IMG/VR virus record: IMGVR_UViG_3300033153_010139
Span: 32,001-96,000 of that record
Length of the DNA stretch: 64,000 nucleotides
Reading direction: 5' to 3' (one strand)
Source of the DNA: a virus
Shown piece by piece: positions 39,116 to 47,549 of the stretch (the first letter of the stretch is position 1; the number at the start of each line of letters is the position of its first letter). A program made the position numbers and the translations under genes. Below the pieces are notes generated by a model, which worked only from the letters and a program-made list of their open reading frames with translations, was not told the DNA's origin and searched no databases.

Positions 39116-39676
39116 TCAGCGCTGACTCTGGAGGCGCTTGATCCGCCCGCGGCGCTCGCGGATCTCCCGCTTGAGCTTCTTGACCGCAGACTCGGCGCGC
39201 TTCCGCTTCTTCTCCCATGCGGCTAGCTTGGCCTCGGCCTTCGTGATCTCGGCCTTCTGGTAGGCCACGCCGGTCAGCTTCTCGGGCTCCGACGGCAGCG
39301 GCTTGATCCGCACGCGCCGGCCCTCGGCCCACTTCGGGACCGTCTTGTACCACCGGCACTTCTCCTTCGTGCCCTGGACGTACCACGAGACCAGAGAGCA
39401 GAGGTCGATGAGGACCGGCTGCGGTATCGCGGCGCCGCCGCTGGCGAGGCCGCCCAGCTGATCGATCGCGTCCACGGCGAGGCGCTCGGTGCGAATGATC
39501 TTCAGCGTGTTGCCGTGCGCGGTGACGGAGTGCTGGCGCGGGGCGTAGTAGACGACGCTCAGCGTGAGGTTGCGGAGGGGCCCGCCAGCCATGCTGACGC
39601 CCGAGTAGCTCGCGCACGCGCAGAACAGGCCCCGGATGTCCCTCCCATCGTAGCGGGTCTCGTTCTGGATCTTCAC
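39116..39676 (-). CDS. Hypothetical protein with basic coiled-coil C-terminus; internal DAIDQLGGLA motif
   Basis: Probable GTG start (VKIQNETRY); the upstream part of the listed ORF is shadow sequence. Confidence 0.6.
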   Translation of the reverse strand: MKIQNETRYDGRDIRGLFCACASYSGVSMAGGPLRNLTLSVVYYAPRQHSVTAHGNTLKIIRTERLAVDAIDQLGGLASGGAAIPQPVLIDLCSLVSWYVQGTKEKCRWYKTVPKWAEGRRVRIKPLPSEPEKLTGVAYQKAEITKAEAKLAAWEKKRKRAESAVKKLKREIRERRGRIKRLQSQR

Positions 39677-39684
39677 CGGGCGGG

Positions 39685-40221
39685 CTACTCCCCGCGCTGG
39701 ATCCGACCGAAGAGGCTGCCCAGGAGCGCCCCGGCCCGCAGCTCGGGCGGGGGGATCGCCGGGCGATCCTCGGGCACCGGCTTCGCGGGCGTCGTCGGGC
39801 AGGTGATCTGAGCCGCCAAAGCCATCTCGGGCTCCTGGGCGGGCTCCTGGGGCTCCTGGGGGGCCTCTGGTGCCTGGGCCGCGGGCTCGATCCCGGCCTC
39901 GGGGAGCGTGACCGGGTCCGCCTCCGGGCGGGGCACCGGCTTGGGCTTCGGCTTGGGCTTGGGCGTCGCCTCGGCCTTGCCCTCGACCTGATCGAGCAGG
40001 CGCTGGATGGCCTTCCTGCGCTTGGGGGTTGGGCCCTCGTCGATCAGGCCCCGAAGCACGCCGGCCAGCGCAGCCAGCTCCTCGGTGTCGCCGTCCGGCA
40101 GATTCCACCGGACCTGGACCTTCCACTTCTTCGCGTAGGCGTCGAGCCAGGCGGACAGCTCCTCGGATGCCGCGTCGTGGATCGCGTTGTAGAGCTTGTA
40201 GGACGTGAGCAGCAGTTTCAT
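39685..40221 (-). CDS. Hypothetical protein with Pro/Glu-rich tail
   Basis: AAAGGA RBS and a GGGTAGAAC motif upstream. Confidence 0.65.
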   Translation of the reverse strand: MKLLLTSYKLYNAIHDAASEELSAWLDAYAKKWKVQVRWNLPDGDTEELAALAGVLRGLIDEGPTPKRRKAIQRLLDQVEGKAEATPKPKPKPKPVPRPEADPVTLPEAGIEPAAQAPEAPQEPQEPAQEPEMALAAQITCPTTPAKPVPEDRPAIPPPELRAGALLGSLFGRIQRGE

Positions 40222-40240
40222 GGCGTAGTCCTTTCTCTGT

Positions 40241-40249
40241 GTTCTACCC
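40241..40249 (-). promoter_or_regulatory. GGGTAGAAC promoter-like motif
   Basis: About 20 nt upstream of ATG 40221; one of six copies. Confidence 0.55.
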
Positions 40250-40291
40250 GGCTGTGCGGGGTCAGGTGTTGCGCGCTCAGAATCTGGCGCA

Positions 40292-41224
40292 TTAGGCCGC
40301 CGCCCCGTTGTCGTCGGTCTTGGGCTTGGTCCGCAGGCTGTCCAGCGAGACGGGCGCGGACTTGGGCTGCTGGAGCAGGAGACCCTGCACCAGAGCCGCG
40401 ATCGTGCTGCTGCTCGTCTCGGGGAGACCGGCGGCCTCGACCAGGGCGGAAATCGCCGCGTCGATGGGGTGGGGCGGGAGCTTGGCGGCCGTCTTGACCT
40501 CGACGACCGTCTTGGGCTCGGGCGCGGGCTCGGCGACCGCGAGGATCGTGACCGGCATCTCCTCTGCTATCTCGGCAGCTTGCTTGAGGACGCTCTTGAC
40601 GACGTCATCGGGCATCGAGCCGCTCGGATCCATCTCGACCGGCGCCAGGGCCGCGAGCTTCTCGATCGTGCTGACCTTGACGTTGGCCATCTCGACGCCC
40701 AGGAGCTTCGCGCAGACAGGCCCGAGGCCGGTCTTGATCGAGGCGGGCACCGTCAGGGGAGCGGCGCAGCGACCGCAGATCCCGCGCTGCCAGACCTGGA
40801 TCTTGTGACCGGCTTCCTTGCCGTCCACGAGCCAAGCGATCACGTCGCCGATCATGTTGATGTTGACGGCGGTGGCGTGCTGGTTCTTCTTGGTGCCCTG
40901 CGTGGTGCGGAACCGGCGGGCGCCGTGCGTGTCGTCCACGCAGCCGAGGTACTTGTAGGAGCGCGTGTTGTCATCGCCGCAGAGCAGGTAGACGAACCAG
41001 CGATCCTTCTCGACCTGCTCGACGGTTCCGTCGGCCTGCTTGACGTCGTCCACGGCCCGCTTGATGTAGTAGGTGTGGCGGACGCTGCTCGCCTTCTCGA
41101 CGAGGGTAGTGACCGCGTGCCCGGCCAGCATGAACTTGAGGCAGTTCGGTCCCCAGGGGAGGGCCATGCCCGGGTCGAGCGTCTTCTTCGCCAGATTCTT
41201 CGTGCTTACGTGCTTGAGTGCCAT
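40292..41224 (-). CDS. DUF6011-like zinc-finger protein
   Basis: CGRC..PLTVPASI.TG.GPVCA signature; strong RBS. Confidence 0.7.
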   Translation of the reverse strand: MALKHVSTKNLAKKTLDPGMALPWGPNCLKFMLAGHAVTTLVEKASSVRHTYYIKRAVDDVKQADGTVEQVEKDRWFVYLLCGDDNTRSYKYLGCVDDTHGARRFRTTQGTKKNQHATAVNINMIGDVIAWLVDGKEAGHKIQVWQRGICGRCAAPLTVPASIKTGLGPVCAKLLGVEMANVKVSTIEKLAALAPVEMDPSGSMPDDVVKSVLKQAAEIAEEMPVTILAVAEPAPEPKTVVEVKTAAKLPPHPIDAAISALVEAAGLPETSSSTIAALVQGLLLQQPKSAPVSLDSLRTKPKTDDNGAAA

Positions 41225-41247
41225 GTGGGTTTCCTTCCTTCCACTGG

Positions 41248-41277
41248 CGCCAACAACGCTGGCGCGAAGTTCTACAC
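41248..41277 (-). repeat. 30-bp GTGTAGAACTT..GCCAGCGTTGTTGGCG element, copy 1
   Basis: Inverted relative to 41366-41395. Confidence 0.8.
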
Positions 41278-41365
41278 GATGTTCCGAGAAACATCTTGGA
41301 ATCGTTCTACCCCCGTTCTGGCAATGGGTTACGGCTTGTCGCCGCCAAAGGCTTTACGGAATTCC

Positions 41366-41402
41366 GTGTAGAACTTTCGGCCAGCGTTGTTGGCGGGGTT
41401 GG
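41366..41402 (+). repeat. GTGTAGAACTT..GCCAGCGTTGTTGGCG element, copy 2
   Basis: 36 of 37 bases identical to 52834-52870. Confidence 0.85.
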
Positions 41403-41424
41403 AGAAGATCCTCGGGAGAACCGG

Positions 41425-41433
41425 GGGTAGAAC
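41425..41433 (+). promoter_or_regulatory. GGGTAGAAC promoter-like motif
   Basis: 18 nt upstream of ATG 41452, before the GAGGAG RBS. Confidence 0.55.
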
Positions 41434-41451
41434 AACCACGAGGAGAACACG

Positions 41452-41715
41452 ATGAACCAAGACACGGTGAGAGCCGTAATCCTGGGCGCCGCCTGCGGCG
41501 ATCTGATGAAAGCTGTGGAGCTGGTTCTCGCACCGCTTGCGTGCGTCGAGTCCAATCCGGCTTCGGCCAGTGCCGCAGGACGATTCGCGGTAAGGGTTCC
41601 GATTGCCGATCTTCGCGACCTCAAAGCCAAGCACGATGGGGTGAAGCGCAGTGCTAGGATGACGGGAGCGGCCGACTGTGCCAACAGCCGACCGCGCCCT
41701 AACCCCGAGACCTGA
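41452..41715 (+). CDS. Small hypothetical protein
   Basis: GAGGAG RBS; first gene of the rightward accessory operon. Confidence 0.5.
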   Translation: MNQDTVRAVILGAACGDLMKAVELVLAPLACVESNPASASAAGRFAVRVPIADLRDLKAKHDGVKRSARMTGAADCANSRPRPNPET

Positions 41716-41716
41716 G

Positions 41717-42607
41717 ATGGAGGTCACCGTGGCTGGTACACGTTCTACCCCGAAGCTCTACTCCTACCAGGGTCGCCAGTGGCCGCTGCGCGATCTGGCC
41801 GAAGCGCACGGCATGGACGTGGGCACGCTCAGGAGCCGCCTCTACCGCGGACTGTCCTTGGAGGCGGCGCTGGCGCGGCCGGTGGGACCGGCGAACAACC
41901 CGAGGCGCAAGCAGGCACCGCACCACAAGACCGCCAAGCGGCTGCTCGGCAACACGTACGGCGAACTGACTGTCGTTGGCTACGAGACCGGCCCCGGCTG
42001 GAAGTGGAAGTGCCGGTGCTCGTGCGGAGCCGCGGTTCTGCGCGGCCAGAGCGACATGCTGCAAGTCGCCAGGAACAGCGTCGGCGCGTCCTGCAGCACG
42101 GCCCAACACCGCGGCGGGCTACCGCCATTCGAGACCATGCCCGAGTACTCCGTCTGGGGTTCGATGCGCGCAAGGTGCAACAACCCGAACAACAAGCGCT
42201 ATCCGCGCTACGGCGGACGCGGCATCAAGGTCTGCTCTCGGTGGAATGAACCGTACAACGGCTTCCTCCGGTTCGTGCGCGACATGGGCCGCAGGCCGTC
42301 GCCGGAGTTGACCATCGAGCGCGTTGACAACGACGGTGATTACGAGCCGGACAACTGCGAGTGGGCAAGCCGGAAGCAGCAGGCGCGGAACCGCGCAACC
42401 AACCGCCACCTGACCATCGACGGTGAAACGCGGACGCTGGCCGAGTGGAGCGAGTTGCACGGAATCCACTCGGCCACCATCAGCAACAGGCTGGTCCGGG
42501 GCTGGCCACCGCGTGTTGCCGTGTCAGCGCCGCCGATGAGCCCACGCGAGATGCAACAACTGAGCGCCGCAGTGCGGCGCGAGAAACGGAAGAGGGGCGA
42601 GACATGA
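41717..42607 (+). CDS. HNH-type homing endonuclease with flanking DNA-binding repeats
   Basis: W.SMRARC.NPN...YGGRGI.VC.RW...DMG.RP...TIERVDND..YEP.NC.WA. Confidence 0.85.
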   Translation: MEVTVAGTRSTPKLYSYQGRQWPLRDLAEAHGMDVGTLRSRLYRGLSLEAALARPVGPANNPRRKQAPHHKTAKRLLGNTYGELTVVGYETGPGWKWKCRCSCGAAVLRGQSDMLQVARNSVGASCSTAQHRGGLPPFETMPEYSVWGSMRARCNNPNNKRYPRYGGRGIKVCSRWNEPYNGFLRFVRDMGRRPSPELTIERVDNDGDYEPDNCEWASRKQQARNRATNRHLTIDGETRTLAEWSELHGIHSATISNRLVRGWPPRVAVSAPPMSPREMQQLSAAVRREKRKRGET

Positions 42608-43629
42608 GCATCAGCAGGGAGACGTGCCAGGCGGTCATCTTGGGAGCAGGTTGTGGCGATGCTCTCGGAGCGCCGACCGAGTTCCACCACATGGACAGCA
42701 TTCGGCGCCAGTTCGGCCAGGACGGGATCCAGGAGCTGGTGCAGACGTCCGGCCGGTACACCGACGACACGGCGATGTTGATCGCGCTGGCCGAGGGCCT
42801 GCTCGATGCGCACGGAGGCGCCCAGAGCTGGCGCGGCTACCCCGAAGCCCCAATGACCAGCCCGGACTTCGTGATGCCCTACGTCGCCAGGAGTTTCGTC
42901 GAGTGGTCCAACTCCGACCAGACCGGCCGCGCTCCCGGCAACACCTGCCTGGGCGGCTGCCGCAACATGGAGAAGGGCATGTCCTGGCGCGAATCCGGGA
43001 TCGCCCGCTCGAAGGGCTGCGGCGGGATCATGCGGGTGGCCCCCGTCGGGCTGGTCTACTCCGACGCCGGGGATGTCCTGAAGATCGCCCAAGCGCAGTG
43101 CACCTGCACACACGGACACCCGTCCGCCTACCAGGCTGCGCAGCTCGGGGCACTCGCTGTCCACCTGCTCGCGCGTCGCGGGCTCCCGGCATCCGACCTG
43201 CTCGAAACGCTCCGCGAGACGCTGGCCGTGATGCCCGACCCCGACCCCACGCTGACCGACCTGCTCTGGCGCGTCCGCGGGGCCCTCGATCTGGTCCACA
43301 CAGGCAAGGCCGGGCCGCACGAGGTCCAGCAACACATGGCCGGCGGCCCCAAGAACCTGGGCGAGAGCTGGCACGGCGACGAGGCGCTGGCGTCGTCGCT
43401 GTTCTGCTTCCTGCTCGCGCACGAGGCCGGCGAGGGCTACATCGAGACCGTGCGCTACGGCGCCAACACCGACGGCGACAGCGATTCGATCGCAACGATC
43501 GCGGGCGGCATGGCCGGAGCCTACTGGGGGCTGGGCGAGAAGGGCGTGCCCCAGAGCTGGATCGACCAGGTCGAGAGTGCCGACTACCTGCTGACGCTGG
43601 CCGACCGGCTCCACGCGGCGGCGCTGTGA
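42604..43629 (+). CDS. ADP-ribosylglycohydrolase (DraG/ARH family)
   Basis: GDALGAP, YTDDT, G.G.IMR.AP, THGHP and GDSDS motifs. Confidence 0.9.
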   Translation: MSISRETCQAVILGAGCGDALGAPTEFHHMDSIRRQFGQDGIQELVQTSGRYTDDTAMLIALAEGLLDAHGGAQSWRGYPEAPMTSPDFVMPYVARSFVEWSNSDQTGRAPGNTCLGGCRNMEKGMSWRESGIARSKGCGGIMRVAPVGLVYSDAGDVLKIAQAQCTCTHGHPSAYQAAQLGALAVHLLARRGLPASDLLETLRETLAVMPDPDPTLTDLLWRVRGALDLVHTGKAGPHEVQQHMAGGPKNLGESWHGDEALASSLFCFLLAHEAGEGYIETVRYGANTDGDSDSIATIAGGMAGAYWGLGEKGVPQSWIDQVESADYLLTLADRLHAAAL

Positions 43630-44039
43630 AGCTGATCGACCTCACCGGCTCGGATCGCCGGTTGCGCGTCCGACGCGTGAACGAGGAAAGCCTGGCGCGC
43701 TACGTGGCTGCCGAGGCGCGCAAGGATGACACGTGGGTCGTCGATGTCCGGCACGGCGGCACGGTGGCCAACGCCTACGGCTACCCCGCCGAGACCGAAT
43801 GCGCGCTGGCGGTCGCCAGCCCGGCCGGGTTGGTGATCGTCTGGCTCGCGCGGGCCAGCGCCAACGCGACGACCGAGCGGGGTGCGGCCGAAGCGTGCCT
43901 GCTGGGCGCCGGTGACCTGTGGGACGGCCGCGTCAAGCGCGAGGAGCGCAAGGACGCGGCGTGGGAGCTGATCAAGGCGACCTTCGCCGAGGAGATGCCG
44001 GTCGTAGACCAGCTCGCATCGCTCGTGGGGGCGGCATGA
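43626..44039 (+). CDS. Hypothetical protein, C-terminal tag PVVDQLASLV
   Basis: GTGA overlap; coupled on both sides. Confidence 0.65.
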   Translation: MKLIDLTGSDRRLRVRRVNEESLARYVAAEARKDDTWVVDVRHGGTVANAYGYPAETECALAVASPAGLVIVWLARASANATTERGAAEACLLGAGDLWDGRVKREERKDAAWELIKATFAEEMPVVDQLASLVGAA

Positions 44040-44215
44040 AGCGCGAACGGTGCGGTACTGCGCTCGTGGTCGAGCGCTACGGCGGCGGTCAGCGCTGGCA
44101 CTGCCCAACCTGCGACAAGCGCTGGAACGACCGCCACATGACGGTAGTCACGTGGACCAACAGCGCGCCGCCGGCCGGCCGCCACTGCGCCAACTCGCGA
44201 AGGAGCTACCGGTGA
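44036..44215 (+). CDS. Small Cys-rich hypothetical protein
   Basis: ATGA/GTGA coupling; CPTC. Confidence 0.5.
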   Translation: MKRERCGTALVVERYGGGQRWHCPTCDKRWNDRHMTVVTWTNSAPPAGRHCANSRRSYR

Positions 44216-44559
44216 CCGGGCCCGGCGAGACTGTGGAGCTGCTGCCCCCGTGGCCGCACGGCGCGACCGGAACGGTGGTACGTGCCGAGGACGATGGGCG
44301 CATCGCCGTGCGGTTCGACTGCCGGTCAGCGCTGCCGCCCGACAAGCAGGTCATCCTGGTCTACCCCCAGGACATCAGGCCATGCCTCGATCCGCGCAAG
44401 AACGCCCGCCGGTTCGAGCTGATCAACAAGGAGATGGACGACGGGGAACTGACCGCCGAGGAGGCGACCGAGCTGGAGAGCCTGGAGCAGTGGTGCGACG
44501 AGGCGATGGACAAGATCTGCCCGCTGCCCGAGCCGCCAGCGATTGGAGGAGAGGAATGA
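44212..44559 (+). CDS. Hypothetical protein with SH3/KOW-like N-terminus
   Basis: GETVEL...GATGTVV...DGRIAVRFD pattern. Confidence 0.55.
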   Translation: MTGPGETVELLPPWPHGATGTVVRAEDDGRIAVRFDCRSALPPDKQVILVYPQDIRPCLDPRKNARRFELINKEMDDGELTAEEATELESLEQWCDEAMDKICPLPEPPAIGGEE

Positions 44560-45380
44560 CCAAGGTCGCAGTCATCGGAGATGTCCACGGGCACGCCACC
44601 CAGCTGCTGGCCGCGCTCGATCGCGTGGAGACCGAAGGCGTGGATCGCATCATCCTGCTGGGCGACTTGATCGACCGGGGCACCGGCTCGATGGCGTGCC
44701 TACGGCTCGCGCAGACGCGAACCTTCCGGGCGCGCAACGGACGGCGCTACAGCCTGGAGATCGTCAAAGGCAATCACGAGGACGCCTACGTCCGACTCGC
44801 GGACGGAATCCCCAAGCCGGGGCGGGATCGCGTTTCGCCGGCAGAATCGCACCCGTTCTACGGGCGCCTGACCGCGGACGATCTGGCCTGGATGCGCGGC
44901 CTGCCGCACTACATCCGCGTTGACGAGCTGAACGTGACCTGCCTGCACGGCGGCGTCACGCCCTTCCAGTTCGATCTGGACGTGGCCGGACCTTGGGTCC
45001 TGCGCGCACGCTACCTGAGCGACGAGGGCCACGCGCTGGTCTCGACCATGTCCAGCGAATGGTTCTGGGCCGACACCTACAACGGGCGGTTCGGCACGAT
45101 CGTGTTCGGCCACGAGGGGCACACGCTGCCGACCCGCTACCCGCACGCCATCGCGCTCGACGGCGAGGGCTTCGGGCGGCTGCACGGCGTGATCCTCTCC
45201 GACGAGCCGAACGACAAGCCGGAGGCCGCTTTCACGATCGCCTACGGCTCGCGAAGGGTCGTCAACCACAAGCGCCTGTCCGAGCGCCCCATGCGGGTGC
45301 ACGGCGGTTGGCGCCGAGACGCTCGGCTGCGGGAAGCGCAGAAGCGCACAGCACAACGCCTGCTCTGGGGGAATGCGTGA
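44556..45380 (+). CDS. Ser/Thr protein phosphatase / ApaH-like metallophosphoesterase
   Basis: GDVHG, GDLIDRG, GNHE, HGG and FGH motifs. Confidence 0.88.
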   Translation: MTKVAVIGDVHGHATQLLAALDRVETEGVDRIILLGDLIDRGTGSMACLRLAQTRTFRARNGRRYSLEIVKGNHEDAYVRLADGIPKPGRDRVSPAESHPFYGRLTADDLAWMRGLPHYIRVDELNVTCLHGGVTPFQFDLDVAGPWVLRARYLSDEGHALVSTMSSEWFWADTYNGRFGTIVFGHEGHTLPTRYPHAIALDGEGFGRLHGVILSDEPNDKPEAAFTIAYGSRRVVNHKRLSERPMRVHGGWRRDARLREAQKRTAQRLLWGNA

Positions 45381-45916
45381 CGAGAAGGTACCGGAAGCCG
45401 AAGATCTTCACCGAAGACCCTGACCAAATGGCGGCCATGCGCCGCTGCGGCCAGTGCACGGCGTGCTGCACGTGCCCGAGCTTGAGCGTGCCCGACTGCA
45501 AGCGCCTCGACGCGCACTGCGTGCACCTGCGCCGCGGGCGCGCGAAGGCGAGATGCCCAGGGTGCGCCATCTACGACGCGAAGCCGGGCAACTGCCAGGA
45601 CTACGCCTGCTTCTGGCGGCTGGGGATGCTCGGCCGACACGAGCGCCCGGACAAGCTGGGCATCATCTTCGACACGGCGGCGCCGACGGTGCAGAAGGTG
45701 ATCGCGGCAGCTGGCGTGCCGGTCGTGCTCGCGCGAGAGACCTACCCGGGCTCGTCCAACAACTCGCGCACGAAGATAGCGATCCTCGCCATGGCGGACA
45801 GCTTCGGCGTGATCCGCGTCGGCGTTGCGGCCGGTCCGATCGTTCACGCGGCGACGCAGGAGATTACCGACAAGGTCATCGCGGCCATCGAAGCGGTGGA
45901 AGCGGAGAGCGCATGA
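45377..45916 (+). CDS. YkgJ-like CxxCxxCC metal-cluster protein
   Basis: CGQCTACC...C.HL...C.IY..KP..C..Y.C.W. Confidence 0.7.
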   Translation: MTRRYRKPKIFTEDPDQMAAMRRCGQCTACCTCPSLSVPDCKRLDAHCVHLRRGRAKARCPGCAIYDAKPGNCQDYACFWRLGMLGRHERPDKLGIIFDTAAPTVQKVIAAAGVPVVLARETYPGSSNNSRTKIAILAMADSFGVIRVGVAAGPIVHAATQEITDKVIAAIEAVEAESA

Positions 45917-46305
45917 TCGAGCGCCGGGTGATCTACGACGAGACCGACGTCAAGCTCGTGATGCGCTTCGCGCAGGAGAACAAGAAGGGCGAGGTCGTCG
46001 AGCGCCGTTACGCCGCCCGGCGCAGCGCTGGCGGGAAACACGAGTGGTACGTCACCTTGACCCCCTCTCGGGCGTACGGGTTCGATGACGTGGCCTGGGC
46101 GCGGCGCTACTCGAAGATCGTCAAGCGGTTCAAAGAGTTCGCGGAGGGCGCCCACGGCAAGGGCTGGAGGACGGAGGTCGTCGAGATGACCGACCGCCGC
46201 GTCAGGACGCGCGAGATCAAACAGCTCTACCCGGTCGTAGACGCGATCGAGGCTCTGGCGGACCTGGGACGCGCGACGAACAAGAGAATCGCAGGAGGAG
46301 TCTGA
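45913..46305 (+). CDS. Hypothetical protein, tag DAIEALADLG near C-terminus
   Basis: ATGA coupling. Confidence 0.65.
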   Translation: MIERRVIYDETDVKLVMRFAQENKKGEVVERRYAARRSAGGKHEWYVTLTPSRAYGFDDVAWARRYSKIVKRFKEFAEGAHGKGWRTEVVEMTDRRVRTREIKQLYPVVDAIEALADLGRATNKRIAGGV

Positions 46306-46838
46306 TGGGGAGGCGTATCGGTCGTGGCACGAAACGACTGCGCGAGCGGCAACGAGCGGAGCGCGTCGCGTGTCGCACTAAGCACGACGCGTGCATGAAG
46401 GAACTGGCAGAGAGGGACAAGCGAGACAGTGAGGCCGCGCGAGTTGCCCAGGTGAAGGCCGCCGCTCAGGCGAAGATAGATCGGGCAAGGGCTAAGGAAC
46501 TGACCGACCGGCTCGGGGCCTTGGGCTTCAAGATCGGCGTGATCCGGGCGTGCGCTTTGCCCGACCTCTCGCCTCGCAACATCTACACTCTCGATGAAAG
46601 CGAGCTGGAGAGGCTGGTTGCCGCGCTAATCGAGCGCCGCACGCCGCGCGGCGGTGTGATGCGGCTCCCGCGGGCGCTGGCGCCGCGCGTCGGCACCAGG
46701 CCGGGGATGATCGGCCGGTTCATCTGCAAGCTCGCTGGACACCCGCCAGGTCCGGTCTGGCGGGGAGTTCCGCCGGACGGGGAGGGCGCCGACCTCCGAT
46801 GCCGGGCTTGTGGGGGCGTTGTCCGCCAACCGGGGTAG
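46305..46838 (+). CDS. Hypothetical basic protein
   Basis: AGGAGGAG RBS, TGATG coupling. Confidence 0.55.
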   Translation: MGRRIGRGTKRLRERQRAERVACRTKHDACMKELAERDKRDSEAARVAQVKAAAQAKIDRARAKELTDRLGALGFKIGVIRACALPDLSPRNIYTLDESELERLVAALIERRTPRGGVMRLPRALAPRVGTRPGMIGRFICKLAGHPPGPVWRGVPPDGEGADLRCRACGGVVRQPG

Positions 46839-46841
46839 AAC
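46833..46841 (+). promoter_or_regulatory. GGGTAGAAC promoter-like motif
   Basis: 17 nt upstream of ATG 46859. Confidence 0.55.
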
Positions 46842-46858
46842 AACTGCGGAGGCCGACC

Positions 46859-47542
46859 ATGAGCAAGCCACGCGTTCTCGTCATTGGCGGTAAGCGTAAG
46901 AACATTCCGGCTTGGGCCGATGCCGCCTTCGAGATCGTGCTGTTAGAGCAGGAGGGGCCGAAGGCGCGTATCGAGCCGCCCGAGGCGCCGTGTTCCGCGA
47001 TCGTGATCTACACGGGGGCCGTCTCGCACCAGCACTCCGGGCAGGCGCACGAGATGGGCTCCACGTGGGACGTGCCGGTGCTCAAGGCGCGCGACGGTTG
47101 GAGTACCGCTGTCCAGCAGGCCGCGCAAATCGGCGCTACGTGGTTCGTGGACGCCGTGCAGACCGGCGCCGCGGCCATCAGCGACAAGAACCCGCCGCGC
47201 GCTGAAGAGGCCGCCAAGATCGTGGACAACGCTTGGCGCGATCACGCCGAGCAGGAGGCCGCCAGGAGCGACGGCCTGGAGAAGCGGCTACGCAAAGTTC
47301 AGGTCAAGCTCGACAAGGCCAACGAGGTGATCGCCCGCCTGCGGTCTGGCGCAGAGGAGCGGATCCTCTCCGAGATCAGGCGGCGTGCGGCAGAGGTGCG
47401 CCAGGAGCGGGAAGGGCTGAAGACCGAGAAGCGCATCGTGCACGGCATCACGCAGGATTTGGCCAGCTGGCTCGGCAAGGCCGCCGACCTGCACGCTCAT
47501 CTGAAAGAGGTCGAGGCGCGCTTGCAGGACGAGGTAGACTGA
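46859..47542 (+). CDS. DUF2325-like N-terminal domain plus coiled coil
   Basis: VLVIGG...IVIYTGAVSH pattern; heptad C-terminus. Confidence 0.55.
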   Translation: MSKPRVLVIGGKRKNIPAWADAAFEIVLLEQEGPKARIEPPEAPCSAIVIYTGAVSHQHSGQAHEMGSTWDVPVLKARDGWSTAVQQAAQIGATWFVDAVQTGAAAISDKNPPRAEEAAKIVDNAWRDHAEQEAARSDGLEKRLRKVQVKLDKANEVIARLRSGAEERILSEIRRRAAEVRQEREGLKTEKRIVHGITQDLASWLGKAADLHAHLKEVEARLQDEVD

Positions 47543-47549
47543 CCCGACC

